A DNA stretch of 64,000 nt from NCBI RefSeq assembly GCF_003334305.1, contig NZ_QOWS01000010.1; one strand, given 5' to 3'. Under the pieces are notes generated by a model that did no database searches, had not been told where the DNA came from, and saw only the letters and a program-made list of their open reading frames with translations. Position numbers and translations under genes: made by a program. Shown piece by piece: positions 15,659 through 25,988 of the stretch. Position 1 is the first letter of the stretch. Each line of letters starts with the position of its first letter. The stretch is from Escherichia coli. Lineage in GTDB: Bacteria > Pseudomonadota > Gammaproteobacteria > Enterobacterales > Enterobacteriaceae.

Positions 15659-16184
15659 AGAGATTACTCTGCCCATAGTCCTCTCCTGTAATTATCAGTC
15701 TGATATTACTTATCCTGGGCAAAAACAGTTTGATTGCGGTAACCCTGTTATCGATAAATTTGTACGCGCATCGCTAAAGAAAAGTGTGCGTAATAGCGAC
15801 TGTGCGGCTAAAGCACTTATTGACAGACAAAGTGGTGAACTGATCGGCATCTGTACTTTTACGGCATATTCGCTGGAAAAACAACGCGTTTCTGGCGTCC
15901 TTCAGGGTTCACAACCTTCAGAAATTGGTGTTGTCAGATTAGTCATGTTGGGGGTAGCACGGAAGTATCAAAAGCGGGGCTTTGGTCAGGACCTACTATG
16001 TGATTTTTTTGAACATGTAAAAATAATTCACCAGGCATTACCAATTAAAGGGGTTTATCTTGATGCTGACCCTGCCGCCATTAATTTTTATGCTCGTCTC
16101 GGCTTTGTTCAGCTTTCAGCGACACCAAATGCTTTTGGTGCTGTACCTATGTTTTTGGCGATTCAGCATATTCTCGCGGCTTAG
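15642..16184 (+). CDS. Putative GNAT-family N-acetyltransferase toxin (TacT/AtaT/ItaT/KacT-like)
   Basis: 180-aa ORF with N-terminal FDCG motif (KQFDCGNPVIDKF), acetyl-CoA motif QKRGFGQ (Q-x-x-G-x-G) and C-terminal NFYARLGF typical of GNAT toxins; SD AAGGA ~10 nt upstream. Confidence 0.85.
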   Translation: MVDKHEEITLPIVLSCNYQSDITYPGQKQFDCGNPVIDKFVRASLKKSVRNSDCAAKALIDRQSGELIGICTFTAYSLEKQRVSGVLQGSQPSEIGVVRLVMLGVARKYQKRGFGQDLLCDFFEHVKIIHQALPIKGVYLDADPAAINFYARLGFVQLSATPNAFGAVPMFLAIQHILAA

Positions 16185-16239
16185 ATTATTATCGCCACCC
16201 GCCAGGGCAAGTTTTGCCTCAGCCGGGGGCTGAGCAGCG

Positions 16240-17175
16240 TTACCACTTTTGTTCAATTGCCCCCGCTTTCAGCAACTCCACATCCTTGCCGTTAATGGTT
16301 GCCGTTGCGGCAACGATTGTGGTCCTTACAGTTGCACAAGATTTTCGCTCAAATTCCGGTTTATAAAGAATAAGAGACGAATTACTGGTAAATGAACCAA
16401 ATAGGTAATCAGTAAAGCTAATATTCAGCCGGTTTAAACCGAAAGGCGCGAAGCCAACCGTTTGGTTAATCTCCTTACCGGATGGGCGACGAATGCTGAA
16501 TGTCACGCGAAGATTGGCCACTTCGCCTAATTTATTGGTGGTGGCGAAGAGGCTATCCATGCAGGAAAAACCTTTATCTAAAAAATTATCTCGCATCCCA
16601 GAACGGGTAACCGTAATCACGGGTAACGTATCGTCAACCGTTTTTCTGTCAATCATGTCTTTTCGACAAGTAGCCAGAAAGTTTTCTGGGCCACCATAAA
16701 TGTGGACACCTTTATCAAGATATTCCTTCGCTTTCTTACAATCTACCTCAACATACTGACCATTGGCGTACATAATGCCCAACCTGGACCATGCTAAATT
16801 CACACCGTGCTGCGCGGCCTGATTAAATAGTGCATACGCTTTGGCATAATCCACCCGCACCTGCTCACCGTCGTAGTAGATACCCCCCAGCGCTAACGGA
16901 GCTTCTCTGTCACCTTGTTTAGCCGCTAACTCGAACCATTTAATCGCTTCCTGAACATCAGGTTTGGTATCATAACGAGGCTGATAATATTCCCAGCCTA
17001 ACAGGCTCTGCGCGTCGATATCTCCCGATTCAGCCATTTTATGCAGTGTATTTATAACATCGGGAGCAGGTTTACCACCGTATATGCTGTCATACAATTC
17101 ATGCGCTTTCTCGCTGGCCACCACGCTTGGTGAAACTATCAGCATTACAGAAAATAATATTCTTTTAGTTAACAT
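16240..17175 (-). CDS. Secreted Sel1-like repeat (SLR/TPR-like) protein with uncharacterised ~150-aa C-terminal domain
   Basis: Start taken at MLTKRILFSVMLIVSPSVVASEKA (signal-peptide-like) within the 331-aa ORF-track frame; Sel1 motifs (AIKWFELAAKQGDREAPLALGGIYYDGEQVRVDYAKAYALFNQAAQHGVNLAWSRLGIMYANGQ); C-terminal ~150 aa has no motif I recognise. Confidence 0.8.
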   Translation of the reverse strand: MLTKRILFSVMLIVSPSVVASEKAHELYDSIYGGKPAPDVINTLHKMAESGDIDAQSLLGWEYYQPRYDTKPDVQEAIKWFELAAKQGDREAPLALGGIYYDGEQVRVDYAKAYALFNQAAQHGVNLAWSRLGIMYANGQYVEVDCKKAKEYLDKGVHIYGGPENFLATCRKDMIDRKTVDDTLPVITVTRSGMRDNFLDKGFSCMDSLFATTNKLGEVANLRVTFSIRRPSGKEINQTVGFAPFGLNRLNISFTDYLFGSFTSNSSLILYKPEFERKSCATVRTTIVAATATINGKDVELLKAGAIEQKW

Positions 17176-17235
17176 GTATACCTTTATGTCCTCACTGTCA
17201 TATATTTCCATAATAATTAACCACCAAACATCCAT

Positions 17236-17576
17236 TTAATGAATAAATACAGTGCCATAAAGGTCCAAGTAATAAGCACACATTTAGCCTGAAACATTAT
17301 CATCCATGTCACCAAATCGTTTATTTAGTGAGATAAAACTAGCATATTCGTAAGATAAAAAATGCACATAGCAATCAAGAAATGATATTATTACTTTTTT
17401 GATGTAAAACTATTTAGTTTTAAAATTCATTTTTTCAACATATAGAGCATTCATTTTATGAATGCAAAAAAACATACCTGACACACAAATTACTCTCCTC
17501 TGTAATATTTTCTCATTAACACTCTGTTTACCCAACATGCGCTCCGCACTACACTATGTGGGCATTTTTTTAAGGG
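17236..17576. other. Very AT-rich intergenic tract (right flank of the islet; likely promoter region for the Sel1 gene and yajR)
   Basis: ~340 bp dominated by A/T runs, with perfect palindrome GCATTCAT-TTT-ATGAATGC at ~17447-17465. Confidence 0.5.
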
Positions 17577-17582
17577 GTGGTA

Positions 17583-18947
17583 ATGAACGATTATAAAATG
17601 ACGCCAGGTGAGAGGCGCGCGACCTGGGGTTTAGGGACCGTATTCTCGTTGCGCATGCTGGGCATGTTTATGGTTCTGCCGGTTCTGACCACGTACGGCA
17701 TGGCTCTGCAAGGTGCCAGCGAAGCATTAATCGGTATTGCCATTGGTATTTATGGTCTGACTCAGGCCGTTTTTCAGATTCCGTTTGGCCTGCTTTCCGA
17801 CCGCATTGGTCGCAAACCATTAATTGTCGGTGGGCTGGCGGTGTTTGCCGCCGGTAGCGTTATCGCTGCGCTTTCCGACTCCATCTGGGGAATTATTCTG
17901 GGCCGGGCGCTACAAGGCTCTGGAGCAATTGCCGCCGCCGTTATGGCGCTGCTTTCCGATCTCACGCGCGAACAAAACCGCACCAAAGCGATGGCGTTTA
18001 TCGGCGTGAGCTTTGGCATTACCTTTGCTATTGCGATGGTGCTTGGCCCGATCATCACTCACAAACTTGGGCTGCACGCGCTGTTCTGGATGATCGCTAT
18101 TCTGGCAACGACCGGCATTGCGTTGACCATTTGGGTTGTGCCCAACAGTAGCACTCACGTACTTAATCGTGAGTCCGGAATGGTGAAAGGCAGTTTCAGT
18201 AAAGTGCTGGCGGAACCGCGGCTGCTGAAACTCAACTTTGGCATTATGTGTCTGCATATTTTGCTGATGTCGACGTTTGTTGCCCTGCCCGGACAACTGG
18301 CTGATGCAGGGTTCCCGGCGGCTGAACACTGGAAGGTCTATCTGGCGACAATGCTAATCGCCTTTGGCTCGGTCGTGCCTTTCATTATCTACGCTGAAGT
18401 TAAGCGCAAAATGAAGCAAGTCTTTGTCTTCTGCGTCGGGTTGATCGTGGTTGCGGAAATTGTGTTGTGGAACGCGCAAACGCAGTTCTGGCAACTGGTG
18501 GTCGGCGTGCAGCTTTTCTTTGTGGCGTTTAATTTGATGGAAGCCCTCCTGCCCTCACTTATCAGTAAAGAGTCGCCAGCAGGTTACAAAGGTACGGCGA
18601 TGGGTGTTTACTCCACCAGCCAGTTTCTTGGCGTGGCGATTGGCGGTTCGCTGGGCGGCTGGATTGACGGCATGTTTGACGGTCAGGGGGTATTTCTCGC
18701 TGGCGCAATGCTGGCCGCAGTGTGGCTGACAGTCGCCAGTACCATGAAAGAACCGCCGTATGTCAGCAGTTTGCGCATTGAAATCCCGGCGAACATTGCC
18801 GCAAACGAGGCGTTAAAAGTGCGTTTGCTAGAAACTGAAGGCATCAAAGAAGTGTTGATTGCAGAAGAAGAACATTCAGCTTATGTGAAAATCGACAGCA
18901 AAGTGACGAATCGCTTTGAGATAGAACAGGCAATTCGTCAGGCATAA
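17583..18947 (+). CDS. yajR: MFS transporter YajR
   Basis: Start at MNDYKMTPGERRATWGLGTVFSLRMLGMFMVLPVL (454 aa); ORF-track frame begins 2 codons earlier at GTG. Confidence 0.95.
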   Translation: MNDYKMTPGERRATWGLGTVFSLRMLGMFMVLPVLTTYGMALQGASEALIGIAIGIYGLTQAVFQIPFGLLSDRIGRKPLIVGGLAVFAAGSVIAALSDSIWGIILGRALQGSGAIAAAVMALLSDLTREQNRTKAMAFIGVSFGITFAIAMVLGPIITHKLGLHALFWMIAILATTGIALTIWVVPNSSTHVLNRESGMVKGSFSKVLAEPRLLKLNFGIMCLHILLMSTFVALPGQLADAGFPAAEHWKVYLATMLIAFGSVVPFIIYAEVKRKMKQVFVFCVGLIVVAEIVLWNAQTQFWQLVVGVQLFFVAFNLMEALLPSLISKESPAGYKGTAMGVYSTSQFLGVAIGGSLGGWIDGMFDGQGVFLAGAMLAAVWLTVASTMKEPPYVSSLRIEIPANIAANEALKVRLLETEGIKEVLIAEEEHSAYVKIDSKVTNRFEIEQAIRQA

Positions 18948-18961
18948 AAAACGCGGCGAAT

Positions 18962-19050
18962 TGCCTGCTGCGCTACGCTTATCAGGCCTACAAAGTTTCT
19001 GAATTACAAACCTTTGTAGGCCGAATCAGGCGTTCATGCCGCATCTGACA
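18962..19050. repeat. REP/BIME element (two inverted REP units)
   Basis: GCCTGCTGCGCTACGCTTATCAGGCCTAC ... GTAGGCCGAATCAGGCGTTCATGCCGCATCTGAC between yajR and yajQ stops. Confidence 0.7.
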
Positions 19051-19074
19051 TGAACAAAACGCACATAGTCGCGA

Positions 19075-19566
19075 TTAATCGCGGAAGTTTTTGAACTGGA
19101 ACGGCTGACCGAGATCGCCACCACGTACCATCGCCATGACAGCCTGCAAATCATCACGAGATTTGCCCGTTACGCGGATTTCATCGCCCTGAATTTGCGC
19201 CTGCACTTTCAGTTTGCTGTCTTTGATCATCTTGACGATTTTCTTCTGGGTCGCGCTCTCAATGCCCTGTTTCAGTTTCGCTTCCACAAACCAGGTTTTA
19301 CCGCTATGAACGATATTTTCCGGTACATCCAGTGAACTGCCTTCAATGCCGCGCTTCAGCAGCTTGGCACGCAGAATATCCAGCAACTGATTGACCTGGA
19401 AGTCGGACTCGCTCAACACTTTGATGGTTTTGCTGGCGTCGTTCAGCTCAAATGAGGCTTCAACGTTACGGAAGTCAAAACGGGACTCCACTTCGCGACT
19501 CGCGTTATCGACCGCGTTACGTGCTTCCTGAAGATCAACTTCAGAGACAATATCGAAAGATGGCAT
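19075..19566 (-). CDS. yajQ: Nucleotide-binding protein YajQ
   Basis: Start at [32 protein letters not shown] (163 aa) within the 219-aa ORF-track frame. Confidence 0.93.
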
Positions 19567-19733
19567 CTTTTCCTCTCCCTTCATTTTTGATGCGAAGCAT
19601 AATACCTGCAAAGTTAAATAACCAACAGTCCTGCACCAGGACGTATCCCTTAATTGTGCATAGTCGCAACAGCATGCACAATTAAGGGATAGCCTTATTG
19701 AACACCCGGAGTGGTTGCGGGTGAGGAGGAACA

Positions 19734-21198
<1,465 letters not shown>

Positions 21199-21251
21199 TG
21201 TCGGATGCGGTAAGCGTCGCATCTGACCAGATGCGACGTTACAACCACAAA

Positions 21252-22700
21252 TTACGGGCGATATACCTTCACATTGTTAAAGCCCTGCTCGCGCAGATAG
21301 AGCGCCTGCAGACGGCTCATCACCCCGCGCTCACACCACAGTAGCCAGGTTCTGTTCTGGTCGAGATCGCCAAACTTGGTGCTCAGTTTATAGAACGGCA
21401 GAGAAACTACATCAATCCCTTCGACTTTCAGTGGCTTATCTTCCTGTTCATCGATAGAACGGATATCGAGGATCACGTCGTTCGGGCCGAAGCCATTGAC
21501 GGTTTCCACTTCCACCACTTCCTGCTCGGTCTGCTGGGCGATTTCGCGGATATCAACGTTATTCGCTTCTTCAACCACTTTATCGAGAATGCTGAAGTCG
21601 AATTTCTCTTCTTCCGCTTCAATCTTCGACTTAACCGCTTTCACCGTCGGGCTTTTGGAGATAACACCGCAATATTCCGGCATCGTGCGAGCAAAGTCTT
21701 CGGTGCCAATCTGGCGAGCCAGGTTGATGATGTGCTCTTTGTCGTAAGAAATCAGCGGACGCAGGATCAGCGTATCGGAGACGTTATCAATCAGGCGCAG
21801 GTTGGTCAGCGTCTGACTGGACACCTGGCCGAGCGCTTCGCCGGTGACCAGCGCCTGTACGCCGTAACGTTCAGCCACTTTAGACGCGGCACGCACCATC
21901 ATACGTTTGAGGATAACGCCCATCTGACCGTCGTCGATTTTCTCGAGAATTTCCCCGACGACCGGTTCGAAATTAATAGCGACAAAACGCACGCGGTGGG
22001 AGCTGCCAAAACGGTTCCACAGATAATGCGCCACCTGACGCACGCCAATTTCATGCGCCGCGCCGCCAAGGTTAAAGAAACAGTAATGCACGCGGCAGCC
22101 GCGACGCATCAACATATAACTGGAAACACCGGAGTCGAAACCACCGGAAATGAGCGACAGCACATCTTCCTGGGTGCCGATCGGGAAACCGCCAATACCT
22201 TCGTAGCGGCCTTTAATCAGCAGGAGACGATCGTCTTCCACTTCCAGATGGACAGTCACTTCCGGATTGGTCAGCTTCACGCGCGCGGACTCAATATGCT
22301 GATTTAAACCGCCGCCGACGTAACGTTCCACATCAATCGAGCTAAAATCATGTTTGCCACGGCGCTTCACGCGTACGCAGAAGGTTTTGCCTTCCAGCTG
22401 ATCGCGATACTGAACCAACGCTTTCTCAAAAATATCGTGCATGTCGGTAAACGGCACGTCTTCGACTTCGAGAATATGGTGGATACCCGGAATACGGGTC
22501 AGGGCGTCGCGAATAGCCAGACGCTGGTTTTCATCTTTTGCGCGAACTTCGATGTTATCCCAGTGGCGGACGACAGCGAGCGTCTCATCATAGTGCTTTA
22601 AAACGTTACGAATGTTCCCGGTAAGGATTTTTATAAAGCGCAAGCGCACAGATTGGCTTTTGATGGTGATTTCCGGGAACAATTTAATGATAAACTTCAT
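21252..22700 (-). CDS. thiI: tRNA 4-thiouridine synthase / sulfur carrier ThiI
   Basis: 482-aa [57 protein letters not shown]...; PP-loop SGGFDS. Confidence 0.98.
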   Translation of the reverse strand: MKFIIKLFPEITIKSQSVRLRFIKILTGNIRNVLKHYDETLAVVRHWDNIEVRAKDENQRLAIRDALTRIPGIHHILEVEDVPFTDMHDIFEKALVQYRDQLEGKTFCVRVKRRGKHDFSSIDVERYVGGGLNQHIESARVKLTNPEVTVHLEVEDDRLLLIKGRYEGIGGFPIGTQEDVLSLISGGFDSGVSSYMLMRRGCRVHYCFFNLGGAAHEIGVRQVAHYLWNRFGSSHRVRFVAINFEPVVGEILEKIDDGQMGVILKRMMVRAASKVAERYGVQALVTGEALGQVSSQTLTNLRLIDNVSDTLILRPLISYDKEHIINLARQIGTEDFARTMPEYCGVISKSPTVKAVKSKIEAEEEKFDFSILDKVVEEANNVDIREIAQQTEQEVVEVETVNGFGPNDVILDIRSIDEQEDKPLKVEGIDVVSLPFYKLSTKFGDLDQNRTWLLWCERGVMSRLQALYLREQGFNNVKVYRP

Positions 22701-22905
22701 GGCGGCAATGGTTCGTTGGCAAGCCTTAAGCGACTTGTATAGGGAAAAATACAGCAGCCCACACCTGCGGCTGCATCCAGGCGCGGAAGTATACCACTAA
22801 CATCGCTTTGCTGCGCACATCACCTTACCATTGCGCGTTATTTGCTATTTGCCCTGAGTCCGTTACCATGACGGGGCGAAAAATATTGAGAGTCAGACAT
22901 TCATT

Positions 22906-23148
22906 ATGCCGAAGAAAAATGAGGCTCCCGCCAGCTTTGAAAAGGCGCTGAGCGAGCTGGAACAGATTGTAACCCGTCTGGAAAGTGGCGACCTGCCGCT
23001 GGAAGAGGCGCTGAACGAGTTCGAACGCGGCGTGCAGCTGGCACGTCAGGGGCAGGCCAAATTACAACAAGCCGAACAGCGCGTACAAATTCTGCTGTCT
23101 GACAATGAAGACGCCTCTCTAACCCCTTTTACACCGGACAATGAGTAA
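22906..23148 (+). CDS. xseB: Exodeoxyribonuclease VII small subunit
   Basis: 80-aa [67 protein letters not shown]. Confidence 0.97.
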
Positions 23149-24047
23149 TGGACTTTCCGCAGCAACTCGAAGCCTGCGTTAAGCAGGCCAACCAGGCGCT
23201 GAGCCGTTTTATCGCCCCACTGCCCTTTCAGAACACTCCCGTGGTCGAAACCATGCAGTATGGCGCATTATTAGGTGGTAAGCGCCTGCGACCTTTTCTG
23301 GTTTATGCCACCGGTCATATGTTCGGCGTTAGCACAAACACGCTGGACGCACCCGCTGCCGCCGTAGAGTGTATCCACGCTTACTCATTAATTCATGATG
23401 ATTTACCGGCGATGGATGATGACGATCTGCGTCGCGGTTTGCCGACCTGCCATGTGAAGTTTGGCGAAGCAAACGCGATTCTCGCTGGCGACGCTTTACA
23501 AACGCTGGCGTTCTCGATTCTAAGCGATGCTGATATGCCGGAAGTGTCGGATCGCGACAGAATTTCGATGATTTCTGAACTGGCGAGCGCCAGCGGTATT
23601 GCCGGAATGTGCGGTGGTCAGGCATTAGATTTAGACGCGGAAGGCAAACACGTACCTCTGGACGCGCTTGAGCGTATTCATCGTCATAAAACCGGCGCAT
23701 TGATTCGCGCCGCCGTTCGCCTTGGTGCATTAAGCGCCGGAGATAAAGGGCGTCGTGCTCTGCCAGTACTCGACAAGTACGCAGAGAGCATCGGCCTTGC
23801 CTTCCAGGTTCAGGATGACATCCTGGATGTGGTAGGAGATACTGCAACGTTGGGAAAACGCCAGGGTGCCGACCAGCAACTTGGTAAAAGTACCTACCCT
23901 GCACTTCTGGGTCTTGAGCAAGCCCGGAAGAAAGCCCGGGATCTGATCGACGATGCCCGCCAGTCGCTGAAACAACTGGCTGAACAATCACTCGATACCT
24001 CGGCACTGGAAGCGCTAGCGGACTACATCATCCAGCGTAATAAATAA
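23148..24047 (+). CDS. ispA: Farnesyl diphosphate synthase
   Basis: 299-aa ORF with DDxxD motifs (LIHDDLPAMDDDDLRRG; FQVQDDILD); ATG overlaps xseB stop. Confidence 0.98.
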   Translation: MDFPQQLEACVKQANQALSRFIAPLPFQNTPVVETMQYGALLGGKRLRPFLVYATGHMFGVSTNTLDAPAAAVECIHAYSLIHDDLPAMDDDDLRRGLPTCHVKFGEANAILAGDALQTLAFSILSDADMPEVSDRDRISMISELASASGIAGMCGGQALDLDAEGKHVPLDALERIHRHKTGALIRAAVRLGALSAGDKGRRALPVLDKYAESIGLAFQVQDDILDVVGDTATLGKRQGADQQLGKSTYPALLGLEQARKKARDLIDDARQSLKQLAEQSLDTSALEALADYIIQRNK

Positions 24048-24071
24048 ACAATAAGTATTAATAGGCCCCTG

Positions 24072-25934
24072 ATGAGTTTTGATATTGCCAAATACCCGAC
24101 CCTGGCACTGGTCGACTCCACCCAGGAGTTACGACTGTTGCCGAAAGAGAGTTTACCGAAACTCTGCGACGAACTGCGCCGCTATTTACTCGACAGCGTG
24201 AGCCGTTCCAGCGGGCACTTCGCCTCCGGGCTGGGCACGGTCGAACTGACCGTGGCGCTGCACTATGTCTACAACACCCCGTTTGACCAATTGATTTGGG
24301 ATGTGGGGCATCAGGCTTATCCGCATAAAATTTTGACCGGACGCCGCGACAAAATCGGCACCATCCGTCAGAAAGGCGGCCTGCACCCGTTCCCGTGGCG
24401 CGGCGAAAGCGAATATGACGTATTAAGCGTCGGGCATTCATCAACCTCCATCAGTGCCGGAATTGGTATTGCGGTTGCTGCCGAGAAAGAAGGCAAAAAT
24501 CGCCGCACCGTCTGTGTCATTGGCGATGGCGCGATTACCGCTGGCATGGCGTTTGAAGCGATGAATCACGCGGGCGATATCCGTCCTGATATGCTGGTGG
24601 TCCTCAACGACAATGAAATGTCGATTTCCGAAAATGTCGGCGCGCTCAATAACCATCTGGCACAGCTGCTTTCCGGTAAGCTTTACTCTTCGCTGCGCGA
24701 AGGCGGGAAAAAAGTTTTCTCTGGCGTTCCGCCCATTAAAGAGCTGCTCAAACGTACCGAAGAACATATTAAAGGCATGGTAGTGCCTGGCACGTTGTTT
24801 GAAGAGCTGGGCTTTAACTACATCGGCCCGGTTGACGGTCACGATGTGCTGGGGCTTATCACCACGCTGAAGAACATGCGCGACCTGAAAGGCCCGCAGT
24901 TCCTGCATATCATGACCAAAAAAGGTCGTGGTTATGAACCGGCAGAAAAAGACCCCATCACTTTCCACGCCGTGCCTAAATTTGATCCCTCCAGCGGTTG
25001 TTTGCCGAAAAGTAGCGGCGGTTTGCCGAGCTATTCAAAAATCTTTGGCGACTGGTTGTGCGAAACGGCAGCGAAAGACAACAAGCTGATGGCGATTACT
25101 CCGGCGATGCGTGAAGGTTCCGGCATGGTCGAGTTTTCACGTAAATTCCCGGATCGTTACTTCGACGTGGCAATCGCCGAGCAACACGCGGTGACCTTTG
25201 CCGCCGGTCTGGCGATTGGTGGGTACAAACCCATTGTCGCGATTTACTCCACTTTCCTGCAACGCGCCTATGATCAGGTGCTGCATGACGTGGCGATTCA
25301 AAAGCTCCCGGTCCTGTTCGCCATCGACCGCGCGGGCATTGTTGGTGCTGACGGTCAAACCCATCAGGGCGCTTTTGACCTCTCTTACCTGCGCTGTATA
25401 CCGGAAATGGTCATTATGACCCCGAGCGATGAAAACGAATGTCGCCAGATGCTCTATACCGGCTATCACTATAACGACGGCCCGTCCGCGGTGCGCTACC
25501 CGCGCGGTAACGCGGTTGGCGTGGAACTGACGCCGCTGGAAAAACTGCCAATTGGCAAAGGCATTGTGAAGCGTCGTGGCGAGAAACTGGCGATCCTTAA
25601 CTTTGGTACGCTGATGCCAGACGCGGCGAAAGTCGCTGAATCGCTGAACGCTACGCTGGTCGATATGCGTTTTGTGAAACCGCTTGATGAAGCGTTAATT
25701 CTGGAAATGGCCGCCAGCCATGAAGCGCTGGTCACCGTAGAAGAAAACGCCATTATGGGCGGCGCAGGCAGCGGCGTGAACGAAGTGCTAATGGCCCATC
25801 GTAAACCAGTACCCGTGCTGAACATTGGCCTGCCTGACTTCTTTATTCCACAAGGAACTCAGGAAGAAATGCGCGCCGAACTCGGCCTCGATGCCGCCGG
25901 TATGGAAGCCAAAATCAAGGCCTGGCTGGCATAA
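24072..25934 (+). CDS. dxs: 1-deoxy-D-xylulose-5-phosphate synthase
   Basis: 620-aa [58 protein letters not shown]; TPP-dependent transketolase-like. Confidence 0.98.
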
Positions 25935-25988
25935 TCCCTACTCCACTCCTGCTATGCTTAAGAAATTATTCATGGCAGGAGTGGCAGC

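Noticed and set aside
15206-17582. Looked for integrase, transposase, tRNA attachment site or terminal inverted repeats bounding the islet
   Set aside because: None found by eye; mobility mechanism left unassigned rather than calling it a mobile element
18962-19050. Palindromic repeats checked as possible CRISPR repeats or IS inverted repeats
   Set aside because: They match REP/BIME structure, occur singly or in pairs without spacers of regular length, and there are no cas or transposase genes anywhere in the window
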